A DNA stretch of 64,000 bases. Origin: Phallusia mammillata (lineage: Eukaryota). Numbering within the stretch: the stretch's first letter is position 1; the number at the start of each line of letters is the position of its first letter. The stretch is from the NCBI GenBank assembly GCA_965637545.1, contig OZ281496.1:22382001-22446000 (forward strand). The letters run 5' to 3'. The position numbers and the translations under genes were made by a program. The notes under the pieces are model-generated. The model did not search any database, was not told the origin of the DNA, and worked only from the letters and a program-made list of their open reading frames with translations. Of the stretch, positions 1 through 11,800 are shown piece by piece.

Positions 1-1140
1 GCTTATGATCAGCTTCTGTTGTGTTTGCCTGCAAAGTGTGCCGCGGAAGGAAATTTTAGTTCTTTAATGCGCCGCATGGTAAAAAAGTTTGAAAACCACT
101 GATGTAGAGGGTAAGTATTTTAGTACCTGAAGTAGCCTACTTTTGGGTTTAGTCCACGACGGCGTAGGCCAATATATATATTCAACTGAAAATTTGTCAG
201 CTATGAGTTTTTCAGGTGTAGCAAATAGGTTTTTAAACATAGCTACCAATCTTTTCTAAACTCAGTTTTCTTTTGGTTCAGAGGTGAAGGTATTATAGCT
301 TCACAGCTCCACAAATTATTCCAGATTTGTTGTTTACTTATTAATTTTACAGGTGAAAAAAACACTTACCAAACTGAAGCGGATGGGCCTGACTGACGCT
401 GTCGTAAATCGGACTGTGGATGTCTTGAAATGCGTAAGCTTGAGACATCGTGCTTTTCGCCAAACTCTGTTGTTCTTCTCCTGCCAGTCGCTCTTTCAGG
501 TGGATTGGATCAATTTCTTGCCTGTAAGTAGGAAATCATGAATAGGAAAAATTATATATAGAGATCAAAGCGATATTTATTAAAACATTATTTTCGGTAT
601 TGACGGAACGCCGGATTGATTATGTTTTTACTCAAAAATTGCTGTCATTAATCAAACCTAAGGATTTCAAACCCATTGTTTGGTCGTGAGGCAAATGTAC
701 AAGTTTTGAAAGCACTCTAACTAAGTATCTAAAGTTTAGATTCTAAACAATTAGAATGATTTGAACAAAATATTGAAAGAAAAGTGGATTGTTAAATTCG
801 TTAACCACTATGTGGCAAATTAACATCATTGAAGACTTTGTTTATTATTTTACAACTTGACTTTATATTTAAATAATATTTACAAAAGGGTTGTTGCATG
901 TATAATTTATGTATGGTGGAATTTTCTTGTGATTCACCATGCAAAATTATTGTGGGCCAAGTCTATATTCTTAGTTCTGTATACCTCTAAAATCGAGGCA
1001 CTTACGGCGGACAGTCTCTTTCGCAAGCTTTAATTCAGCCGGTTTAAACTATTTTCCGATACTTCGAAATCCAAAAAAACATACAACCACTACATCTTAA
1101 AAAAACGATACCTAAAAAACAGTTAACAGCAAATTATTAC

Positions 1141-1482
1141 TTACTTGAAAAGTGGCGCTGCTCCAGAAAGTCCTGTGCTTGGATCGAAGCGGGGAATATG
1201 GATTCCATTTTGTTCTTTAACGCCCGGCAATTGATGCATAGCGCTGTGGCTTCCGTGGGGCGAAGTGTTAAGCGGCGATTCGCGTATCAGACTGTGCCGA
1301 GTCGGTGTAATCGGCGGGGTTTTGTCGTGAAACACGTGATTTGCCTCTGATGTAGGACTCATGCTCGTGATAAGGTGAGGGAGTGAAGACGATGAAGAAG
1401 AAGAGCTGTTACGTACTTTAGTGTTGGGGAGTTTGTGGTCTTTCTTCCACTTCATGCGACGATTTTGAAACCAGATTTTGAC
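1141..1482 (-). CDS. Hox4: Hox4 coding exon 3 (helix 3 [11 protein letters not shown] plus Ser/Pro-rich C-terminal tail)
   Basis: Acceptor cgttacag|GTC AAA ATC TGG. ORF 1141..1527 ends in TAA at 1141-1143. Confidence 0.95.
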   Translation of the reverse strand, partial: VKIWFQNRRMKWKKDHKLPNTKVRNSSSSSSSSLPHLITSMSPTSEANHVFHDKTPPITPTRHSLIRESPLNTSPHGSHSAMHQLPGVKEQNGIHIPRFDPSTGLSGAAPLFK

Positions 1483-4400
1483 CTGTAACGGGTAACAGAT
1501 CTTTGAGCAAATATTTACGATATACAAGACGGTTTTAGTTCAAGTTTTGCTTCAACAAATATAACAGATTCAAAATCCAAGTAATTTGCAATTTCCGGAA
1601 TTTTTGTGTGTAAATAAAGTCAGTGAGTAAACAATTTTTTGTTGAACAAACGTTCCACAACATTTAGCATTGATTTGTTGACAGTTTCTCTTATTGCTAA
1701 AAAGGTAAGAGGGTTTGTTGCAGGTTGTTTGAGGTGATTGGGTTTGATTGTTTACGTTCACTCTGCAGCTAATGTTGACATTACCTTGCCAAAGCTTACC
1801 GGTAATTCTGTGCTTACACTGGGGATCGGCGTTACGCTCGATAACCTTTTAGACAGTTCCTTAATGGCTTGTTATGGTAAATTTGACAGCTTGTGTTTGA
1901 AGTTTTTAAACCGCTTGCTGTGGTTTATCCTTAAATGGGAGTTAACAATTGATTTGATTAAGTTGATTGGCAACAGTGGTGCAAATGAAAACACTTCATC
2001 AAATTTTTATTAAAATACACCCTAAATTTTATAGCTAGTAGATCAATCAACTTTAATCTGTTCAACCATTTATAATAATTTACTGTTATGTAAAGAAACC
2101 GTATCTTCGTGGTGCACATCTACAGATTGCAGAAGCCACTTGGTGCTGAACAAATAAGATTCAATTTACATGTCAATGTGTGTAAATAGAACATGCATTA
2201 CATTTGTTCTTCCATTCTAGCTGATTCATTACCCTCTGATCACATTAATCCCCTCCTGGTGTCAGTCGGTTTTGTGCCTCCGTCCATTTTAGGCGCGCAA
2301 AATCACTGTTTAGGCGGTTCAGACTTCTACCCTGCTTTGGGGAAGCGAAGGAAATCAATCAGATCGACAGAGGGCTCGAAATTTCGCGGCCACTGTCAGC
2401 TTTCTTCGCCGCGCGAGCTAATTAATTTGCCCTGTGCGGAAAGGATGAGGTTTTGTGCCGTCAACGCTGTTCGCCATAAATCGTAGCAACCTCGGCACGC
2501 TGTAGATATTTTCAGCGGCATTCTGACACCAGTGCTCAGGTTGCTTGTGAGGCGCCGACCGCACAGTGCAAATGTACACGATTCGCCGGCCCCGTAACTT
2601 CATTTCTAACCGCAACTTAGTTGACTGTTCATCAATAATTAGGCAGAAAATAGAAACATTATGCCGTGGATGCTTGTACATGGAAAAACTAACGCACATT
2701 TCCGAACCTGGTGCCAGTTATAACATTGGTACAGTAATCACTTCTTTGTCGCAACATTCTTTGTATTTGAGGCTGCGTACATGGGGTTTTCCGAATGATT
2801 GAATCCACTTGAAAAAGTATCTCAATAACGGCTTATGTTAGATTGAGATATGCCGGCAAGACTGCCAGCCTTATCCAATAGTAGTATTTAAACGAAACCA
2901 TACATATATACAATACGCATACATTTTTGTATCAAACAGTGGGTGAACAGCACTTACGCGGGATTTTCTTGAACATTTGTTATTGCACACACCTTTACTT
3001 TCTGCACATTTAGAAAAAATGGTGAAATTGCACAGAAACTTGCGTAAGTAATACGACTTTTGTAATTTTCACTGAAGCGTATTGAAAGCCTTTATATTCG
3101 CATGATCACCTAGACGACGTATACATTTTCACGTTACGATTTACGATTGATGGTTAATTTGCCTACATATTATTTGAACCTTGGTACAACAACCCCAACA
3201 CGTTGATCTTACAGTCACGACGTGCGACTTTTTAGTTATTTCAATCACTGATCTATGCAAAATCTTCTCATCAATCGCTAAAAGTTTGACAGCTTCAAGT
3301 TTTTGTTCGTTTCATAACAGCAGTCGTCGCAATTCGTGAAAGGTCAAACGAATCGGACGAGCGCAGCACTCTAGTTCTTCCAGTTTCTTACAAAATAGCG
3401 TGAGAGCAGTTTAACGCTGGTATTGTCACTAAACATATCATTAAATTTATTTGCATGGGAGGAAATTGTTATTGACTTTTCTAGCTGCATATTAAGATAT
3501 ATCCGTTCTCAGTCTCCACTGAAAAATGCGTGTTAATAACCTAATTGTGATTCTATTCGGTTGTGTGAAACTGCTCCATAGTTTATTTTATTGTAAAAAA
3601 GTCCGGACACCGTATGATTTGCCAGTTGTCACAAATAAAGATAAGATTAGGATTTGTTCAATAATTATAGCGTTTGAAATCTCTTAATAACAAACAGCGA
3701 CCTTTTAGGCGTTTCAAAATGGAACAAACGTATTTAATTTACCGTGATCATTGGGCACTGTATTACCTCATGCATTAACTAACCTGTCGTTCACTTAGAC
3801 ACAGGTTATGTGCAATCTCAATCCGTCGCCTTCTGGTCAAGTATCGGTTGTAGTGGAATTCCTTTTCCAGTTCCAACACTTGATGGCGCGTGTAGGCGGT
3901 TCGCGGTCTCTTTCCCGGATCCATTCCGTTAATCACTAGACACAAAAACGACGTTCCAAAATGAAGATGCACGAAACTTGATAGCGAAGCGCTTGCAACA
4001 ATGAAACAAATGACTTGGCTATCAAGTATCCGAAGTTGCAAGCTTGAAATCTACTGACGTAGAGGGGAATTAACTTTATCAGCGCGATGGTCGGTAATTT
4101 TCAACGAAACTTAACGCATGTTGGGGCTTAATCGATCAGCGAGGAGTGTTAGGTGCTCTGTGCTCAGCTGATGCCCCGAAATAGCTTTACAACAAACAAG
4201 TTTATTAAAGCTATCCGTCGTATAATTAATAGTGCGGTGCACGTAGGGGAGACAGTTGACGAACTTCCATTAAAAGAGCTAAAACTCATTAATTAAGCGT
4301 TCAGCACCAAACGACAGCCTCGCTGTGCTTCCCCAGCTATGGGGGAGAAACTTCCTGCTGTTTTCGCTCTACCTGTGTCTGTTGGGCCTGGGAGTGCGAA

Positions 4401-7400
4401 TCAGCACTGACGTAGCATCCTGCGTAAACGCATGCGGTGATATACGGCGAATAAGCCTGACAAAAGTTTGTGTATATTTCCATTAAAAGTCCCGAATCGT
4501 GCAATTGTTATTTGTGCACAAGCACAAGTTTTGCTTTCAAATTAAACTTTTCCTTAGATAACTACATAAATTTCCCACTATTCACTTTCGTATGATACAG
4601 TGTATTGCTGTGTTTAAATGATATGCCTCAGACATAACGCTTAAAAAAGGAATTTCTAGTCATGGACCCAGTAGCTTCTTTTGTGGATGAGTTTGTTTTG
4701 TGTAATGGTATTAGCATCCGATGGTATGCACCTAATCGCATTGAAACGGGATTCTGAAACCGCAAACCAGAGGCTGCTAGCGGTGCCACGCGTACCTTTG
4801 ACGACTGATAAATTACACCGCATTTATCAATATCAAACTCCCTGTGGCTGTGATGCATCACCATGCAAGAGCGTTACCTTCCTCAGCGCTGTCAGCTAAA
4901 AAAACGCGACCCAAAGTTTACTTTTTGAAGTGGAGTTCGAGATGTTTTGCTCTTTCATTGTGCTTTGCCGCTAAAGAATTATGACAGCTAATGCGTCGTT
5001 TCAAGGGCCCGGACCGCGAATAAACCGCACAGGCTTGGCAGCAGTTGTGATGTATCGACATTTGAAGTCGTATAAGCACACAACGGGTTGTACTTGACTG
5101 CCAGACCGCCGGGGACAAGGCGAACACCACAATGGCTTAGCGATGTGTGTTCAACAGGGCTAGCCGTGTTTGAAAAGCTACTGGTGATGTTTAAACACAC
5201 TGCCTACTGTTATCTGTCCCAGCCACCCGGGGTATGCATAGCTCACGGTTACAAAGGCACCTAAAGGGAGAATGTGCCATTGCCCTTGATCGGCCTTTGT
5301 GTAGCTTGTCTGGCATTGGTGAGCTCTTTTTTGCCTTTTTATTGTATTGGCAAACAGCCAGAGTTATCGCATCGTCAACTCCTAGGTTTTCTCTGCACTG
5401 GATTTTTATGGATGATTTTTTTGTCTTTTCATGTCAGCATGCGGTTTTAATGTGTACTAAAAAAACCTTGCAATTGAGTTATAATTTTGATGGATATGTT
5501 AAAAATATGTCAAAGTTTTATCGCGCCTTATCAGTCCTAAATTAAAAAAGTAAAACAATACAAAATCTCCCAAACACGCCCTCATCTATTATCTTGTGTC
5601 ACACCACAGAAATTCGATACAATACATTAATCAACCATTAAAACCTAAACATTTCGCTAGATTGGAACCCTATATAAGCTCTAGTTGATTCCTCAGTAAT
5701 GGCGCTTCTTGTTAATTGGCTATCATTGCATGACTAGCAATTTCCTCTTTATTCCTCATTACCTCCATTAGATCCCTGTCACCTAATCTGGAGGCTGCTG
5801 CAATTATTAGACAGCGTTTATTGGACTGCAAATGTGATCTTATGACAAGCACTAACTTATAGTTGTAAATTGAATTGGTTGGAAATTTAGGGGCACTATC
5901 CATGGTTAGAAAGTATGAATACAAAAAGTAAAGTTAAAAAAATTGTAAGTAACAAGACACTTTATATCTTTTCGCGGTATTGAAATGACCACTGTTGTAA
6001 TGTACGCCTACAAGGTAACATTCATTCAAGCCGCCATTTTGTTTGTGGTAAAATCTGTTTAAAACGAACAAAGCGTGTGTTAAAAAGGAACTTCAAACAT
6101 TTGTACGGTTATCTATGTAAATTCTGCAAATGCAGCTGAGCATCTCATGTTACTATTCCAGTTGGCAAACGACTGTTTGAAAAATAGAGGAAGCAATATA
6201 CAACGGAAACCGAAAGTACGTACGGCCTACAAGCGTGCCCCTACTTCGGTTGCATTGTAGTTTTACTTGTTGCAGTAGGTTTTTGTTAAAAATGGCAGCT
6301 TGGTTAAAACAAGTTGGTTTGATCAGTTAAAATTAAAACACTGTTTACACATATTCAATATATATGGAGGTTTGCAAAAACAATCCAAATGGTATACATT
6401 TGTAAGCTTACATTTTGTGTAACATGCAACTTTTACATGTTATAAGGGAAACTTTAACATGTATCTAAACTATTTTTGTTTTGTAAGTTGAATTTAAACC
6501 AAGAAATGTTAAATCAGAATATTGAATTTAAACCTAAATGAAAGTCAGACAACTCGATAAGGCCAAAAATATCTCGTATGTCATCCCTAACATTGTTACA
6601 CTAAGTGCAAACACCCAGACCGTACAACTACTGTCCTTAAAATTAACTTTGTAGGTCGGTAATTCTACTGAACTGGGTAAGTGCGTGCGTAGACAAAACC
6701 TGAACACGCAAATCTTACGAAATTTCAAGATTGTATCTAAAATTGCGACTCAAATCGTTATCTTGTTTAATTCGTTTTAACAGTCACAATATATGTTTCC
6801 CTAAATGCAACAACCACAAAAAATATTTGGCCATTATGCAGAACAAATTAGATACAACAGCATCAGGCATTTTAACTTTGCCGAACATGCAAATACCTAA
6901 AGATTTCAGTCTCGTATACTGAGGCTTTATAGATGCAAATTGATGAATTACATCAACTTAACTCATTCCCGGAGATTTAATCGCCTTTGCTGAGTTCTAA
7001 ATCACTTTGGTCAGTAATTTGGTGAAACGTGTATGCCTGGATATAGCCATTAGCAGACAAATGTCAATCAAAGTCCTGGAAAGGCTGTATCCCCAAGCAG
7101 CTGGGATTTAGCCTTTATCATCAAATCGCTAACAAATGAGGTGGATCGCCCAGTGTTTGCACTGTCCACATACTGGGTGTCCAGTAAATTTACCGAGCAA
7201 TCTTGAAAGCAAATTTTTTTGAATCTGTGGCAATGACGTATTATAGCTGATCCGGACACGTGACAAAGTACTTAAGGCTTAATTGGCTGTGAACGCAGCG
7301 ACAAAAACCCTCTTGTCAACGTACTTTTTCAAGAGCATGTTTAAATTGTGAAGTTTTTTTTGCTATTTTTTGTCTGCTACAAGTTGTCATAAATAGAATT

Positions 7401-8861
7401 AAGGTTAAAAGAGGCAAACAGTGATCATTAGTTTAAGCATTGCTTTAAATGTTTTTTAGCCATGTTTAGTTCAATGAAAATGTTAAATCTCGGGTTTAGT
7501 TTTGTTCGTGGTGACAAATGGAACTCTTACAGGCCTGTTATGGATGGTCCACACTCGGCTATTTTGGTTGCAAATGTTTCGCGACGTGCTTTCTTACAGT
7601 CGCCGCTAAAACTCGTGAAAGGTCGCAGCGAAAGATTTGCGCGCAAAATTTCAAGTTGGAGCCAGAAACTCCCTCCGCTAAAGTTCTCATGACATTATTG
7701 GACATTAAATCTTGGCTCAGATGGACTTGTTTTTGCATTTCGGTGTCCTTTGTGTTGCCAAGCTGCGCTGTGTTGATCGATTTTTAGCAATGTTCATGGG
7801 CCTGATGTCGGTGGAAGCGGTGCTAAGGGGTTTCCCTATCGTTTACAAGCACGTTTGTGTACATGGACCGCAACGCAACACTTTAGGGGTCTTTGCGGTT
7901 GTCAGTAGTCACGTGACCAGGACTTCCTGGTCCACGTAATTTATCGGGTTCTTCCTGGCTGTAGACAGCGTACAGGAACTGGTTCTGGGGGCAGTCGAAG
8001 GCTGCAAACTGGTAAAATGCCCTCATTTCCGCCCAGGTCTGATGCATTGCTGAATTTAGCGGCGCAACCCATCACCTGTGGACCCTTGTTGTTTTTGTCA
8101 AACCCGGTCGGAAGCTATTCCGGCAATTCTTCCGCCCGCGCAAAACTTTGTTGTGACGTTCGAGAATATTAATAGCGCTTGACTCAGCGTACCGTTGTTT
8201 TGAAAATAACTAACTGTCTGTCTCCGATTCACACTATGAAAAAAGTGCTTAGCCCCGAACTAATAACGTCAAATCAAACCTTTTTTACTTGTTTGTGCGA
8301 CTGCTTTTTCGACTCTTTGGGACATTGCATTGAACTCGGTGGGCAAAATCACAAACATTACACAAGAAAATGTGTCTATGCGCAAAGCGTTGTGCAACAA
8401 AGTTTAAAATGCCACCTAAATATTATTATGAAAGAAAACTTACCATGGCTGACGTGAATGCGTTTCATCCAAGGATAAACGACAGGAGGCGTTGAATCTG
8501 ATCCATGACTGTCTTTCCCAAATTCATCTTCGTGAATGCCGTTTTGCGAGGTCGGTGAGTTAATGTTGGTGCCGAGTGGTGTTGGAATGCGGCCGTTTTG
8601 ATTGGCATCATTGGGCGTATGAACACCACGTAAGCCATGAATGCTGTGCATTGCGAGATCAGGACTTGTTGATCCGCCGTTGGGCGTGTGAAAGTACTGC
8701 ATGTTCACTAACTCGCCTTTGCCACTAGCGCTACTAACACCATTGTAGCCGTTCATCGTGGTTGCGTGGCTGCTCTTGGTAATGTCGTGCACCATGGGGT
8801 TATAGGTCTTTGTCAGGAACTCTTCGTCCACGCTGACATTGGGTTGATCGAGGACCGACAT
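1141..8861 (-). CDS. Hox4: Hox4 (Deformed-class homeobox) gene; CDS = complement(join(1141..1482,3784..3935,8444..8861))
   Basis: Hexapeptide [12 protein letters not shown]. Homeodomain [58 protein letters not shown] followed by DHKLPNTK, which is diagnostic of paralogy group 4. GT-AG junctions have matching phases (1 and 0). The start codon is uncertain: 8861 is the first ATG after an acceptor at 8905/8906. Confidence 0.95.
3784..3935 (-). CDS. Hox4: Hox4 coding exon 2 (homeodomain residues 1-44)
   Basis: Acceptor ttttgtgtctag|TG ATT AAC completes the phase-1 codon GTG. Donor CAG|GTTAGT at 3783. Confidence 0.95.
7909..8134. promoter_or_regulatory. ETS-site cluster in Hox4 intron 1 (candidate enhancer)
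   Basis: Seven GGAA/TTCC cores, one GATAA and the palindrome TCACGTGA in about 225 bp. Confidence 0.4.
8444..8861 (-). CDS. Hox4: Hox4 coding exon 1 (N-terminus to the YPWM hexapeptide)
   Basis: ORF 8376..8882 encodes [17 protein letters not shown]. Donor CATG|GTAAGT at 8443 (phase 1). The reading frame is open up to the acceptor ttgtttgcag|G at 8904. Confidence 0.9.
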
Positions 8862-11800
8862 GCTGCTGCTGTTGTTAATCAATGCTACGCTGTCAAGCTT
8901 TTCCCTGCAAACAACAATTCAGTTGGCACATTATTAATTACGTCGACAAATGATCTTTTGACGCAGTGGGTTTCATGATATTTTTGACCTACAAAGTAGA
9001 CACCACGTTTTCGTGACAACGTATTTAACTAGTTGAACTTTGCAGTGTTCAAATTGATTGATGTTGGACTTTTTGTGTACAATGGTCCACAATTGTTTTA
9101 CAACTTTATTCATCAAAAAAATAAGGAAAATCCTCGGCGTTTTGAAAAGTTGGTTACTGTACAACTATATGGTATGACAAAAAAACTAAAATCAGTGCTA
9201 TAACCAATTATATGAAACAAAACTCAAAAGAAGAACATTGCAATGTTGCATAGATTGTTGAGCGAGGTTTACCCCTTTATATTAGTCAATTGGGGAAAAA
9301 TGATGCATTATCTAGTGTCAATACTGTCTTCTTAAATTTGGGCCATTTTGTCCGGAGCACCGTGACGAAAACTGTCTGAACCATAATGTATACAATCCTG
9401 AAACTTTTGTATAAACCCAGATCTCCGAATAATAGCGGATGTTTATGTGAAAAACCGCAGTATTAAGCTTTAAACAGGACTTCCGTGCTGTTTCACGCTT
9501 CAAAGCAGACCCTTTTTGAAATTTTCACCAAAATTCTAAACACGCGCAGAAACCCTGAACCATGATACAACCAACAATGCAAAATGGCCTCATTCTTCCT
9601 AACCACCTTAGGTCATTGCTACCTGTCGCGCAGTCAAGCAACTGTGACACCCCTATGGAGATGAAATATGTTGGGAATCTGCCTCGTACTTAAAACACTA
9701 GTACCAGCGCCCACAGCTTGGGCTTCAACAACGCAACTCTCACTGTGACAAATTAATCGACGTCGTCCAGCAGCTACCCTTACCCCAACCTTTTTTCGCG
9801 GCAGGGCTAAAGCGAGTCCCTACGTCACAGAGCTTGGTTGATGGGGTTCGTGCGCACTAGCGCCATTTTGTTCTCTACCTTAGCGTTTTCTTGGGGCATG
9901 ATCTCATGACACATGACTGGTTGTAGCATAAAACATTTTTTCTGGTCAACTGGCACATCATACCATGTACTTGGGCAATAGCTAATGTTTATTTCAATTT
10001 AACAACATCAATCCGATCTAGTTTTCTAGTCGTGTCAGCAAATCGTTAACTTGGCACTTTTTTCTGTAGTATAAATTTAAATTTAACTTACCCTTCCCGG
10101 TGTGTTTTGTTGATTATTGTTTCAATTACAGTTTAACCATAATTACTTTCTTTCTGTCTCTGGGACCAGTCAGGTATTAAATGCTGCTTACGTTTTAAAA
10201 TCTAAGTCTTTTTATGATATCTTTCTTACTTTGCACCTTTTTAACCTTCCAAACGTTAACAAAGCAGTTTTATTTGTTTTGCCAAGCCATAAAACTTCTA
10301 ATCATAAAGTTGTAAAACCATATCCGTTCTTTAAGGCGCAAGGCTTTTTAAAAAATGTTCCAGGGAATGATACTATGTACTGAATTGTTAAACACAACAG
10401 ATACTATGTACAAAAGAGAGGTAGCTCGTTGTATATGATTAATCTCGGTAGCTGAGCTGGTTTCACAACGCATATCCCTAAAAAGATAGTCGCATAAAGT
10501 TGATATTGCAATTAATCAGATAACTCAGAATTTGTAAACTATCAAACAATTTCTCTTGTGCTGCTGGAATTTTTCTAACTGTGTTTAACTCAAGAAACAA
10601 CATGTGCTGTGTTTGCGGTTCTATTTCCTTTTCGCAAGCAGCAATATGGTCGCGTGTCGCGTTCCTTGAGTGTTTCCCTTTCATCCGACTTGCCCAGCCC
10701 TGGCTCGATTCCGCTACCCTAGCTTTCGCTGCGGGAAAACGCGCCAGATTTTCCGCAACAAGACCGCCCGATGCCACGATTGCGGTGTGCAGCATGGCAG
10801 GCTTGCAGCTGTGTACTCTGCTAACTGGCGGAAACGCTACGCGAGCCGTTCTACAGCGCTATCCTGGAGACATGTTGATTCTGGGAAGTCGCTTTCGTTT
10901 GCAATACAACACTTTCTGTTCGGTAGCATGCACACAAACGCCCCTATGTAGCTGTTAATTCATTGTCGGTGGTATCGAAAATTGCTTGACACCGAAGGCG
11001 GTTTGAGTAATGGAATCTTCGACTTCCGAAATCATCTACTTCGCATTTTTATAATTTTCTTCCATTTAAATTCAATTGTGCCCATATATAAGTGTCAGAT
11101 AGTGATAGCAGCCCTTGGCACTATTAATTGCTCATTTTCGGTGTGCATGCTTATGGAATTTCTTTCTGAAGGGAACAACTATAAACAAACGCACTGGCGG
11201 TTTTGTATACTATAAGAAACGACAAACTTTAGGTGGTAACGAAGATCCAATTCCAATCATAACAAAGCGTGTTTCTGTTATCATTAGTGGTTTAAACCTG
11301 ATTGAAATAATCATTTTTGTGATCGTATGGAAGCAGTTTGCAAACCGTTTGGTTTATACAACAAATTTCGTAACAAAATTTAAATTTAAAACAAGTATTT
11401 TGACACAAAATTAATTTGTTTTGTTTACAAACGTTTGGTCAAAGACAGAAACTGATTGACTTCTTTTTTGTTTCTTCACACAAAACAAAGGTGATAAACA
11501 TAACAATAAACAGTTGACAATCTTTTTAGGAGAGGAGTTTATTGTGCTTTAATAAAGGAAAATTGGGTACTACAGAATGGTCCTCAACAGTGTATTTTGT
11601 CACAATCAGCTGTCAAATACTGTACCCAGCCCAAAGCTAGAAAAACCCAAAATGAAAAATTCCCCTCGCTTGCTGAACAAGCGCAGAGAATTGATTACGT
11701 GCAATTTCACAGAATGCTGAGAGGCAACATTGCAATTTCCCACGACTAAGAATAGTCCCCTCATAAGTTGCGTTAATAACTCAAACTGGCCAATCCTCGC

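Noticed and set aside
9784-9870. Possible extra coding first exon of Hox4 (ATG GCG CTA...)
   Set aside because: That frame stops after 13 codons, and the frame that would splice into 8904 has an upstream stop and no ATG. At most it is a UTR exon.
10478-10958. Overlapping ORFs on both strands (105, 125 and 93 aa)
   Set aside because: No homology recognised and no consistent splice phases. This is a CpG-rich stretch upstream of Hox4.
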